Assembly (NCBI GenBank): GCA_012295275.1
Contig: CM022672.1
Span: 15,190,001-15,254,000 of the forward strand
Source of the DNA: Chrysomallon squamiferum
Taxonomy: Eukaryota > Animalia > Mollusca
Length of the DNA stretch: 64,000 bases
Reading direction: 5' to 3'
Made by a program: the position numbers and the translations under genes. Below the pieces are notes generated by a model, which was not told the origin of the DNA, ran no database searches, and was given only the letters and a program-made list of their open reading frames with translations. The first letter of the stretch is position 1; each line of letters opens with the position of its first letter. Of this stretch, positions 12,181 to 25,400 are shown in pieces.

Positions 12181-15100
12181 ATGCCAAGAAGACACGGCAG
12201 AATGTTTTTACGTGGAAAGCCAGGTCTGTTCATTCTGACTAGTGTAATATGTCTTGGAATTTTCCTGGCATACTACACATTTGGCAGATCATCACCAAAA
12301 CCATCAAAATACAACATGTACAAAAGCATTAGTGGCCAAGGTAAATTTTCCAACTTCCGAAGTCACAATGACAACAAGGGCTTCAGTGACATGGTTTTCA
12401 AAAAGCACAAACAGATGAACCAACTTCCTAAACCAGTTTTACCACAGCCTGATTGGGTAGCCCGGAGGAATTTTGGTGGCTTGAAAAAGGAAGATCAGTT
12501 TAGGCCTGGAAGTGAGGAACATGTTGATGATGAATATACTTTTCAAGAAAATGTGGTCAAAACAGCTGTTCCAACCAAATCAACAAAATATGCAAAACCA
12601 GATGAAGTTTTTTCACCGCTGTTCAGCTCAATGAAACGAATTGTTCATCTTGATCTCAAAGGAGCACATCCTAAGATGGATTATCTGAAACAAGTGTTGC
12701 CTCTGTTTGCAAAACTTGGTGCTACAGGAGTTCTAATAGAATATGAAGATACATTCCCTTATTCCAGGGAGTTGAGCATGTTGGCAGCAGAAAATGCTTA
12801 CACTAAGGACGACATTTCCCAGCTGCTTGCATTGTGTAAAGAAAACCGTCTGGAAGTTATTCCTCTTGTGCAGACATTTGGACATATGGAATTTGTTCTT
12901 AAACACTCCAAGTATCAGCATTTACGAGAGAACTTTAAAACACCACAAGTTATTTCACCAGCACACAATGAATCTTACTCTCTGATCAGCTCTATGATTG
13001 ACCAGATTCTGTCAGCACATCCTAATGTGCAGTATCTGCACATTGGCTCAGATGAAGTTTATGACCTTGGAATGGGTCAAGCCCATGATATGATAGCCCG
13101 AGGAATGACCAAAGATGAAATAATTCTGCAGCATATTGTCAGAGTTGCAAAAATAGTACAGTCAAAACGACAGATTGGTGTGATTATCTGGGATGATGAG
13201 TTGCGAAAGGTTTCAGAAAAATTAATTGAGGTAAATGGGATTTTTTAAACTTTACTCTGTTATTATGTAATTCAGATATAGTCAGGGAAAATGTTTTTTG
13301 CTGCCATTTCAGAATAAAGATTTTCCTGAAAATTAAGGAATTTGTTTCAAGAAAAAATTATCTTTTTCAATATATTTTACATATTTTTGTAATTAAGTAA
13401 AACAATATAAAATGCTAAATTAATTATTAACTTAAAAGCAGTTAATGATTGATAAAAAAGGTCAGTGAAAAGTAATAAATCATATTTAAATTTAAAAGCA
13501 TTGTAGAACTAAAATAACATATTTTTTAACTTCTTCAGAAATCTGGGCTAAACAGACTGGTAGAGCCAATGGTTTGGAGTTACATTCCAGAGGCACAAAA
13601 AAAACTTCCCGAAGATATCTGGGCTGTTTATGGCAGACTTTTTTCAGGCATCTGGGCTGCATCATCATTCAAAGGTTCAACTGGAAGTGCTCAGTTTTAT
13701 ACAAACGTGTCTCGCCATTTGGAGAATCATCTCAGTTGGGTACGTATCATTAAGAAAATGAAAGATGAAATGTCAATAACAAAATTCCGTGGGATTGCCT
13801 TGACTGGATGGCAGAGGTATGATCATTATGCAACACTGTGTGAACTTTTACCTGAAGCTCTGCCTTCACTGGCAGTTTGTCTACAAACTATCAGGTCTGG
13901 TGGATTCAGCTTGGCTATCCACAAAACTGCTAGTGAAGTTCTGAAGTGTTCTGCTCTAATTGAACTGGGCGTGCCCAAACTGAATCCTGACAACACAGCA
14001 CAGGTCAGTCAAGACTGCGCTTTCCCAGGCAGTGCTTTCTACTATGGCACTCAGCAGCTGTGGGGGCTGGTGAATAAATACAGACATGATGAGGGCTTGC
14101 AGTCGTACATTCAAGGCTGGCTCACTGACTTTCACATTCGGCATCGATTTGGAAGTCCAGGTCAGCTGAAGATTCTGCTGATTAAACTTGAAAGAATAAT
14201 TTCTGGTCTTAAGAGCTTGATAAATCCTATGACTACAACTCTCAACACTATGTATGATAATTATACGACAACTGAATGGGTGGAAGTGAATTTGTTGCAA
14301 AGAATTAATCGTCTTGATGAGAAGTCTCAGAAAGCTAAACTGCTCATTCAGCAGACCACTTGGCCAAGGCGACCACTTCATGAACCATTGCAAACAAATG
14401 TTGTACAAATGGCTGCAGGTAATCAGCCTGATCAATTTGATAAAAGTTCACGTTATGATGTAAAGACCAAACAGGAAGGCCAGTTTGCTGGAGGAAGAAA
14501 TGATTATGTAAATAAGCAGAGATTTCCTGGCCCAACTGTGAATGTTCCAAAACAAAGACAGTATGATTATGGAAACAGTAAAAACATTGCACCGTATGAA
14601 AGAAAACAGAATCTGGAAAATAGAGGAAATTTTCCTCAAGGTGGTAACAGGCATTCACCCATGAATGATAGATTTAGAAGTCAAAATGTTTTAAATGACA
14701 GTCAAAAGCATTTGCCTGTAGGAACTGGAAACAAAAATGGATTTGGAAGGATGACTGGAAATGAAATCCAAGGTGGGTTTGGAAGGAATCTAGAAAATCA
14801 AAGTAAAGCTGGAGTAGCAAGATTTCCAGGACGTCAAAATAAAGATGGATTAGGAAGGGTTCCTGGAGGTCAAAATCAAGGTGGATTAGGTAACTTTTCA
14901 GGAGGGCAAAATCAGGGTAGAAGAGAAAAGCTTCCAGGAGATCAGAATCAGGGTGGAAGACAAAAGCTTCAAGGAGGTCAAAATCAGGATAGATTACGAA
15001 GAGTCAGAGGTGAAGAAAATCAGGGTGATTTTGGAAGGTTTCAAGGAGGTTGGAACCTCGGTATATTGGGAAAGCTTCAAGGAGCTCAAGGTCAGGAAGG

Positions 15101-15398
15101 ATTTGGAAGACTTCAAGGAGCTCAAGGTCAGGAAGGATTTGGAAGACTTCAAGGAGCTCAAGGTCAGGAAGGATTTGGAAGGCTTTCAGGTCGTCAGAAT
15201 CAGGATGCTTTTGGAAGACAAGATAAAGGTGGTATTGACAGATCTAAGGGTAATTACCAAGCTGGACGAAAGGATGGTTTTGGGCAGCATACAAGAACTG
15301 TTAATGAAGATGGATTTAGAAAAACTGTTGTGGGTGAGGAAGAAAAACTTCCAAAAGGTTTGAAACAAGGAATTAATACACTGGCTGGTAATAAATAA
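12181..15398 (+). CDS. HEXDC: Hexosaminidase D-like GH20 beta-N-acetylhexosaminidase, predicted type II membrane protein with long low-complexity C-terminal tail (~969 aa)
   Basis: Coding exons 12181-13230 and 13539-15398, phase-0 intron GAG|gtaaat...ttcag|AAA. Motifs IVHLDLKGA, GVLIEYEDTFPY, IPLVQTFGHMEFVLK, catalytic HIGSDEV, IWDDELR, IWAASSFKG, GIALTGWQRYDHYATLCELLP. N-terminal hydrophobic anchor LFILTSVICLGIFLAYYTF follows basic residues. Confidence 0.92.
14715..15218 (+). repeat. Coding tandem repeat, 14 x 36 nt (12 aa, consensus ~LQGGQNQ.GFGR)
   Basis: Units start every 36 nt from 14715 with no indels. Three near-identical units LQGAQGQEGFGR at 15075, 15111 and 15147. Confidence 0.9.
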
Positions 15399-16204
15399 AT
15401 ACTAGAGATGAAATAATAAATGTCAAATGAATTGGAAATGAAGATGTTAACAAATAAAAGACAAAAAAATAAAGTTCTGTGTAACCACTAATTTGAAACA
15501 TATTGAAATAGAAATTAATTAAATAAAAATTAATTTGCTAGAAACAAAAGCAATGTTTAGGAATTCATCATAAAAATTTAAATAACTATATAAGGAATTT
15601 TTGTATATATCCAGATTAGTTTTCATTCTTAAGTTAGTTTTAAATTAGATGCTGGTAAAAAAAAAAAGAAAAAAAAAAAAAAAAAATATAAATTTTAGAC
15701 TGTATTATTACTATAGCTAATTTTGTAAAAAGAAAATATAAAAAAAAAAAAAAAAAAAAAACAAATGAAAAAAAAAAATCAATTTTTGATGGGCTTTAAT
15801 TTTTTTTTAATTTTGGGAAAATCATGGTTGCAATTGCATTTATTTTATAAATCTGTTTAGATTACTTGTATAGACGTTAGAAAAAGAAAATAGTATAACT
15901 TTATTGTTTGTATTAAATAAAATCTTTTGGTCTGATTCAGTGAGGTTTATATACTTAATAGATAATACTGTTTGTGCATACAATATATTTTTTAAAATTT
16001 AAATGTAATAAAAACAAAAATAAAAAAATAAATATTAGGAAGAAAAAAAATCACATTCCATTGAAACAAATGTATTTAATTAAAAATACAACCCATTCCA
16101 TATACATTTCCATATTTTATTAATACAGTGAACTATGGTTAGTATACACATGTATGTATGAGTACATTATATGTATGGACACACACAAACACACACATGT
16201 AGTA

Positions 16205-16436
16205 CAGAGCCAGATTAAATAATTTTGAGGCCATGGACTTGGAGACAATTGGGGTCTAAATTTAATAGTATATTCTCACGAGAAACTAAATTTTGTTCTC
16301 TTCATTACTACTCACTGAAAGTAGAACACTGAAATTTTAGCACTGATAAACAGAATTTTAAAATAAAATGTATTATTTTAGGCCTTCATAGATTCTGAGG
16401 CCAAGATCTATTCAGCCCACTGTAAATCTGGTACTG
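16205..16436. mobile_element. Degenerate hAT-type MITE
   Basis: Ends CAGAGCCAGATTAA and TAAATCTGGTACTG form an 11/14 inverted match resembling CAGGGCCGGATTAA-type TIRs. Internal (G)AGGCC motifs recur near both ends. No clear TSD. Confidence 0.45.
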
Positions 16437-16456
16437 TTTGTGTGTGTGTGTGTGTT

Positions 16457-16487
<31 letters not shown>

Positions 16488-17999
16488 TTTAAAAATATGT
16501 ATTATGAAAACCTTACACAGAATTCATATTCTCCAAATATTTTGAAGCCTGATGTTTAATATGGGTCTATATTTGGATCTAATGTATTTTTAAGATTTAA
16601 AAGACAGGCTTCTGGGTATAACATTATAACTCAGAGCAAAATTAATGGAGTGCTCTGTGAAAAATACTATCTGCTTCAGATTAATTTTTAACAACAGATT
16701 AACAAAATTAGGAAATAATGTGGAAGCCAAATGGAGATTTAATTTTATTCTTAATAATGAAATGAAAATGTAACAAAAATGATGAAAATGTAATTTTCTT
16801 AAAAATTCCATAATCAAATTTATTTTGTCCCTTTTTTTTTCTTCTTTTATGTGTGTTGTGTTTTCACCATTTATATGCTGTGATAAAAATAAGTAATATA
16901 AATTGATGGCTTTTTTACATTTCTCTATGCTTATGACTGAGTATTTTTGGTGTTGTGTATGGTATGTTTTAATAGGTTTTTAAAAAAATGTATCACATTT
17001 GGTTAAAAAACAAAACAAACAAAAAAAATACTTGTTTATGTAATGTGCATTTATTTATTTTTATTTAGTTTTGTATAAGTGTTAATTCAGTATTTAATTA
17101 CGTTATTTTTATGAATTAAAATTTATCAACAACATCCATAGCCTTAGAAATGTGTCTTTACCAAAGAAGAATATAAAAATTCAACACAATATTAGAATTT
17201 AATATAGAAAAAAGTTTGAAATAATTAGTTTTACTATTAGAAAATGTGTTTTATACATGTTTTTATGAATTTGGTAATCACACTAATAGGTTATGTTGTT
17301 TGAACCATTCATTTAATTAAATTCTTGTAAACAGACACTTATTTAAATGAATCGGTGATCAATTTGCCTTATGTAAATATTTGCTTTATCTGCAGTGGTT
17401 ATTAGAATAAAGCTTGTATAAACAAAAATACTAGAATCCTAATTCAAATTGTTTGCATTACTAACAATATTCTTTTTTTCCCCTTCTTTTATGTATTCAT
17501 TAAATAATGTCATTTTGAGTTTAAATTACTATCATTAAACAACAAAAAAAGTTTTAAGAAAGATATAATTATTAGGTACAATTTCCCATTAATAGCTATG
17601 GGATTTGAGACAAAGGTCAAAAGAATTTGCTGCAATTTTTCCTATAGCTCCTATAGCAATAAGCTTTCTTCTGCATCCTTTTTATTCTTAGACAGAAAAC
17701 TATATATTATGCTGTTTGATAACCCACTATAAAGTAAATCAGTTTTGAGGTTTATTTCGAAAAATTTGGTTTGCATCAGAAAATGAATTGTAACAGTTCC
17801 TAAATTTGATTACTTTTTAAATTTATTTTTATTTTTATTTAACTGAAAGAAAAAGTTAAAAAATATAAAAAGTTACAGAGAGAGAGGGGGGGGGAAGAAG
17901 ACAATAGTATGTGTGATAGTTTTCTTGATTTTTGCTTTAGAACAAAAATGGTCTGTTTATCAAATTGTTCATAATCAAATTTATTAATATGATTTAACA

Positions 18000-18470
18000 A
18001 TACAACCATGTCATAAAATATTGTCATTCACCACAAAATTTATATTATATGTTGGTACAGTACAACAACATTATGTGAAGTTTTAGAGAAAAAGTATTAT
18101 TATGATGTAATCGTACAACCATAAAGTGAATTTATTTACCATTGAATTATAATATGTTGTAGCACATTATGATGTGATGAGGCATACAAGCATGTTGTAA
18201 TGTGATTTAACTCACCAGTTGTAATTTGATGTTACAGTGAAAACATATTATACAACCATATTACAGTGTGATGTCCATATTATAAATTTGTTTGTCACAA
18301 AGCAGTAATGTGTTGTTACAGAGCTAGCATTTTATAATGTAATTTTACAGTACAACACCACTATGATGTTAAAGTAAAATATCGATATAATATTATGTTT
18401 AATAGAATGTCGTTACAGTGTCATGTACACATGATTCAACTTTTATAATGTGATATTTTACTGTTCAGCC
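18000..18470. repeat. Degenerate minisatellite (~25-30 nt unit, ~ATTATAATGTGATGTTACAGTACAAC)
   Basis: Recurrent TACAACC/TACAAC, ATTATGATGT and GTTACAG words at short spacing. Confidence 0.5.
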
Positions 18471-21350
18471 AATCACACGCTTGCTTTTTGAGTCATGTGA
18501 CTCCATGTTAAAATAATTTTTAAAACCGTTCTTGACTGAGATATGCATAAAATGCAAGGATAAATCAGATGAATAATGAATAAAGCAACATAAAAGCAAT
18601 TTTCAGAACATGTATTACAAAATAAAATTAAAAATTGGACTAAAACTGTGACTGTTTATTAAAAGTGTTTATTCTTCTATGCACATTGTTGTACCTTCTA
18701 CTGTAACAAATAAATAGAAATTATATAATAAATTGAAAACAAATTCACACCTTTTTTATGACATTTATACATTGTTAATGTATATACATTTATATATAAA
18801 TACTTAAGTGCTGTGCTGTTTATTTTATTTTTTTATTTTTCAATATCTGAAAATAACTGATATGTGTGAAATTAAGATTACTTATCCAGATAACTGTAAT
18901 TTTTATTATTATTTTATTTTATGTAAACAATTGCTGTTAATTAGATGTAATGTAGTTAGCTTTTAATACTAATTTTTAAAAATCTTCTTTCTTTTTATTT
19001 CAATCATTTTTGTTTTTAAATTTTATTATTTTGCAGTAACTTTCTACATAAAGAATAATTTTTGATAATATTATCATTTTGTATGCCTACATTTCATATT
19101 ATCACCTACAGTTTGTTTTTGTAAGGTAATTGTTCTTCATCTTTTGTGTCATTTTTGAAATACACACAGAACATTTTTGTAGCATTAGTATTATGAAGTG
19201 GTCTTAATTTCATGGTCTCCATAATTATTTTTTTTTTGTGTGTGGTTATTTTTATTTTATTTTTTGGTTCATAAATACATATAATACGTCAACATATTTG
19301 AAATATCATGGATTGCCTTTGGTGTAAATATTTGGAGGTTTTTTAATGTTAAACTCAAGTGACAAATGAAGTAAACTGAGGTATATATTTTTTTTAATGT
19401 TTCAGTTTGTGGTAATATGTATTCGGATATTTTCTTGTATAATGATTTGGATGTGACATGAACAGAAATGATTGTTTTGGTCATCTAATCACCTCCCCCA
19501 GCCCCCACAAAAAGCCATTAACTTCAAAATTATTTGGATTTTAAAAAGTGTTTTGAAATTGTATTTGAAATGTTTTAATCCTTCAGATGACATTGAAAAG
19601 AAGATCATATTATTCTTTTTAAAATGGCTATGAATTAAAGATTTTTTTAAAAGTAAACCTAGATAAACACACTGTTTTGTATACAATGCCCTTGTTAAAC
19701 AAAATTTATAGGTTTATTATAAATACAACACTAATAACATTAAAAATACAAAATAAAATGATTTAAACTGTTTTTTCTTTGAATATAATCAGTTGTTCCG
19801 GATTACAGTATTCAGGCAGAAAAATAATAAGTGAATAAAATTTAAAATGTTTTATCCAGTATTAATGTTTTTAATGGGATACAATTTAACTGCTGTTTTC
19901 TTTGTCACCCTATTTTCTTTTCAGTTTCCATTTTCTTTATTGTAAGAACATTGTGAATTACTGCTGTATTGATAATAAAAGGTTGTTAGAAGTTTTATGA
20001 TTTTGTTCATCACATTCATTTTGTAGTTGGGCGTTTTCAACATTTATTTTTTTATTTTATTTTTAATGAATTTCTTAATAAATATTTTGAAGGAATCTAT
20101 AGAGTTTGTCATTATTTTAAAATATGTAATTTAAAGCAAATTTAAACTTTGATCAGGAATACTTTTAGTTTTTGTTCACATAACAGTATGAAAATACCAT
20201 TTAAAACAGGTCAGCTGTCACATTTATAAGCATTCATCATGTTTGTGTAAAATGATGACATCAACAAAACTCCTACAAAAAGGCATTTAAAACAGATAAG
20301 ATCAGCTCTTCATTTGTGAAAATATTTGTCTATCTGACATTTTTATTTGTCATTCTAATTTGTACTTATTCTTAAAAATAGAAATTAACTGCACCCTGAT
20401 CCTTCTTTGCACTGTTATCCACTTAAATTCTTGCATCCAACCCATTTCACTTTAATAAAATCAGTACTTTTGTATATGTTTTTAGCAAAATTTTCACATC
20501 CTAATGTGATCCAACTTAGTTTTTAAGCTAGTTATCTTTTACTTGCCTGCTCTTTCCACTGTTGAGAAAACAACACAAAGGCTTTTGACATCGTCATGCA
20601 CTACTTGCTACTGAAACTGCATCAACATGCATTATTAATTTTAAACAGCATCAACTGTTTATTATACTTTCTCTTTTATTATTTTTCCATTGATTAAATT
20701 TGAATAATGTTTATTGATAGAAAAAATGTTTTCACCACCCATCATTTGTATTGGGTTTTTAAAGTGAAATTCAAAGAAAATATTTAGATGTTTGTTATTA
20801 GATTTAAAAAAAAAAAAATTTAATGTATAATTTTCTTCCATCTTTCAGAATGTCAGTGTGTTTGTGTGCATGCTTCAGTCAGGTGTGAAATGCCCAAATG
20901 CAGCCTATTGCAAAATACTACAAATTTTCTTCCAACTCAGTACTTCAGGTAAGGTTAGTAGGGCATGTTGCGTCACAATTTGAACTCCCACCCTTAAGAT
21001 GGCTGTTATGATTATTGTTGCATATTTCAAGGTTCCCAGTTGGTTTGCTCAGATTTAGTTTTGGTCGGACAAGTTTATATACTGATGGTAACTTTCACAG
21101 AAAAAATTTGTCAAATGTTCCAGCATGCCTCTCAACACAGGTGTCTTGGAGCACCAAGCTAGGCACTTCCAACCATGTAAAATAAATAATAAAAACACCC
21201 AGATAGCTTTAAAATAAATGTGGAAGAAAAACAAAACTTGGGGTTGTGGATACTACCCACTATTGCAATGTCAGCATAACATGGTTAATTGTTTAGCTGC
21301 AGTTTCATGAGTAATAAAAATATAAAACCATATCATTGGTTTCTAATGCT

Positions 21351-21356
21351 TTTATT
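21351..21356 (-). terminator. Candidate polyadenylation signal of TCERG1 (AATAAA on -)
   Basis: TTTATT on +, ~1.07 kb past the stop codon. A proximal ATTAAA variant is at 22314-22319. Confidence 0.35.
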
Positions 21357-22421
21357 GTTGTGTAGAAGGTTTTAGTGTAGACTGCATTTACTAAGTATGT
21401 TATGAAGATAATCTTTTAATAAACTACTTGGGGAACACTGGATCACTAGTACACTCTGCCCCATCACAGCTTTCTGTCTGAATAAACAGAAAAACTAGTC
21501 ACTGGCAGATACACAACTCATAGCTGATTATTATGACATGACTAGGTTTAATGGATATTGATTACGTAAATAATAGTACAAGAAGTCAGTTTGGACCACT
21601 AACTTAATATAGAATTTTTATCTTGCAAACTTTTTTTTTATTAAAGGTTTTGTCAGTTGAAAAATAAACTGCATAAATAGCTGCAGCTGTAACAGAGATA
21701 CAAGTAGGTCCAAGTCCCACTGTCCCAGTTATTATCTTAATTGTATTTATCATTTTATGAAACCTTTTCATGAAGGCATAATCTAAGGACATTGATAAAC
21801 ACAAGTCATGGAGCACTGTTTTGGATAGAGTGCGTTAAGGTGGATTAATCTGGCTTAAATGGAGAATTAGAAATTAAAAATAAGTCCATTATTTATGATA
21901 GTTTGGAAGGTCTTTAACACTTAAATATGGAACAAAACCCAATGCCTACCATTAGTGAATGACAAAGAAAAGGATAAATGATAAAACGCTTCCTTGTTAT
22001 ATTACTGAAATTATGATGTTATCTGCTAAAAATAAAGTTATTATGTTTATTTGTTCATATCTACATTGTAAACCAAAGGGTCAGTGTGCATTTCTTTTCT
22101 TAAAGACAAATATAATCATATTATACCAAAATACCATATTAATATATATATATGAAAAATTTAAATATCAGTAATGGTAGTATTATTAGTAGTAGTTTTA
22201 GTATTGGTATTTGCAAATGACAACAACAAAAAAAACACACACCCATTTGCATTCTTAAGCCAATATTACAATATTAAAAGAAAAACAAACGAAGTATTTC
22301 CAAGGTAAAACAGTTTAATTTTTAAAATGGCTTTAACTGATGATTACGTCACATGATAACAAGATACATGAATGTCTTTCACACATAAATTATAACAAAT
22401 GATTAAAAAAGTGATAAAAGC

Positions 22422-25400
22422 CTATTTAGTGCCCCGGCGGGTTGGCTCAGAGGCAGTTGGGGGTGGAGGTGGACCCTTCCTTTCCAGATCTTCAATATAC
22501 TGTATCAACATCTTCTTCCGTTCATCTGCTACACAATCCAGAATCAGGTAACGCTTGTCATTCTGTGACAAAAGAAAATTCATAATCTCAAATTAACGAA
22601 ATTGTTCCTATGAAATGTCAATTTATTATTCTACCACGACTTGTTGAAAAAGCTAAATTCTGATTACTGAACCAGTGAATTCAAAGATAAGCAAACAGCA
22701 CATATTTAATGAGGCTGGTTTACACAAACATCCACTTAACCTATGTTTGCCGATTTGGTGTTTTCATTAGCATTTTAATTTCACTTTATATTTATCACTA
22801 TATTTAGATAACTGCCAAATTGATTTTCATTGAAACAGTTCATCTGAGTTGAAAATGACATTAGTTATTTATTTGGGCCATTTTAATTTTTTACATTTCC
22901 ATGATGTCACAACCAGTGGCCACCTGCACTCCCATGCACTCACAGAAACCACATTCTCATTTATTCACAGATGTCACTTTCACAAGGACAATTACTGTCT
23001 GACATATTAAAAGCAGTTTAGGAGTGAAGGGTTCAGAAAAATCTGCGACATTTCATTTCATTTACTATTGTTTATATATTAATGAAATTGGGGAATTAGG
23101 TATTCTACACTTGTACAAATTAATATACCACTGGTCAATGATGGCATTTAAAGATTATCTCTTCAACAAAATTGATCTGTCCTGCCTGATTCCAAAATGT
23201 TTGCTATGCCTATTCAAAACAGCTACACTTATTTCATTTTTTTGTGATGGGTAACAGGACTGAACACTGCTAAATATTAGCATTTAGAGGTGTTCAGTTC
23301 ATAATCACCTACATCAAAAATGAAATCAGTTTAGGTTTATCTCCTAATTCTGTTGAAAAATATTATTTTTTTTTTTTTCTGGTTTCAAATCTGTTATTGA
23401 AAATACATATTACATAGTTACAAGTATATAAAGTTTAACAAATATTATTTTGGAATCATTTCACTTTAAAACAGTTTTGGGGGACAATGATTATGTATAG
23501 ACTATGATAAATTTTTAACTTATCAATAAAAGCAGTAACTTTCTCTATTCTGAATAACTCAATAATCACAATTCATAATTAGACAATTATTCATGTTAAA
23601 GTGTGAGACATAAACGGAGTTAACTGTAATTCCATTTAAATAATTACCTGCAGCATTTTCTCAATGTCCTTCAGCAAATTCTCATTTTCTTCCATCATTT
23701 TTCTTGACCTAGAGGAATTAAATAAAAATAACAAGTAAGAAAAAACAATTCTCCTTTCCCCACCAAAAACCCTTGACTAGCATAAGCAACAAACAGTGTA
23801 TTAATGATATTTATCAAATATTTTTGTAAAAAGCAAAACAAATTAAAATCTTAAGATACTTACTTGTATGTTATAAGTTTCGATTCTTTGAGAAGTTCCC
23901 GGAAATCAGCCTTTGCCTGAACAAATTTCTCATGCATGTATTCTGAAAATTCTTTTTCTCTTTTCTGAAAAAGTAAAGAAGACAAAATTAATAATAAAGG
24001 TAATAAAAAAAAGAAAAGGAAAAAAGAAAAAATGGTGCCATTTACATATATTAAATATGCATAGATTTAAGAACTACTTGAAAGTTCTTTAAATTAACAA
24101 TAAAAAAAATATTTTTTCCCCACCATTTACATATTATGGATACATAAATTTAGGAAGTGATGCTTAACAGTTATTAATATCAAGAGTCTTAATTAATGCA
24201 AAATCTTCTTATGACAATATATATTTATTTTTGAATAAATAACCATAATTAAATTTTAAATAACCCAGTGTTATTTAAGTACACTGCTATCAATCTTTGA
24301 CAACATTAACATAACAAGTTAATGAGGAAACATGGATGACTCATTTTCCCTGCTTAATGGTATTTTGTAAATATTTTTTTTAATTAGTGAATGTTTAAAA
24401 CAATAAACTGGAAATGATAAAAAATATGTTTAGACTGTTTGTTTATATATATATATAGTTAAAGACCATACCCTGTCACTGGATGAAAATTTTGTGTATC
24501 TGGGATCTTCTTTGATGAGTTTCTTAATTTCCTTCCAGCTGGACGACAGAGTTATCTTAAAATGAAGCATTTTCATAAACATAAAACATGAGAACAAAAG
24601 ATCAGCTTTTGCTATGAAACTGAAGTTTCTACTGATGACATTTCCGGATTTTCTATAATTATTACATATTTTAATTTTGATCCAGAGTGAATTTGTTATG
24701 CTGTTGCCAGACAAGAAGAGGTATAGTTTTGCTAGATACATATACATATTTTTAATTTATTCTCAAAGACAGCAAAGCACAGACAACACCAGTCTGAATA
24801 ATGAGAAGAACATTTTTTTTATACTCAGATGAACTTATTTTGAAATCATTTACACTTCTCAGGTGACCATTCCAAACACAATATTGCAATTTAACATTCA
24901 AGTTCACTTCATACCTGGGAGGTCTCATCCAGCAGTTTATGAAACATCTCCTTTGACCTTTTAGCCAGTAGGTCAATGTGTTCTTCAAACAGTTTTTCTT
25001 TCTCTTCACGATCAATCTGGTCTGCCAAGTCCCAGCGATGATCTTTTCTCAGCTGTTTTCGTGTGTCACGCCAGCTTGACTCACAGTTACGTACCTGACA
25101 AACAAACAAGTACATGCGATTTTTATTCAACTTTCTTCATGATGAAAATATACAGTATATTTCTATCCACGTAGATGCTGTAACTTGCAAAAAGATATAA
25201 CATTTGATACTTCAAAAAAAAAGTAAAACAAAAGACTTACAGTTAATTTAAATTTTATAAAAAAAAACGAAAGCAAACATATAATCAGTAATGAAACTGG
25301 CTACAAAGTAACAGTTGTAAAATAACTGAATTAATACTTTATATTTGTTTTTTGAAAACTGAACACGAACTGAACGTGAATGCAATATGCTGAAAAGCAT

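Noticed and set aside
13956-14658. Antisense ORFs over HEXDC (and similar ones over SLBP, TCERG1 and FRRS1 exons)
   Set aside because: Shadows of real coding exons with no recognisable motifs.
14715-15218. 36-nt periodic repeats resembling a CRISPR array
   Set aside because: Units are contiguous with no unique spacers, lie in frame within a eukaryotic CDS, and no cas genes are present.
14953-15363. Overlapping alternative-frame ORF with ELKVRKDLEDFK repeats
   Set aside because: Starts at GTG and stays open because the 36-nt unit lacks stops in that frame; a by-product of the repeat.
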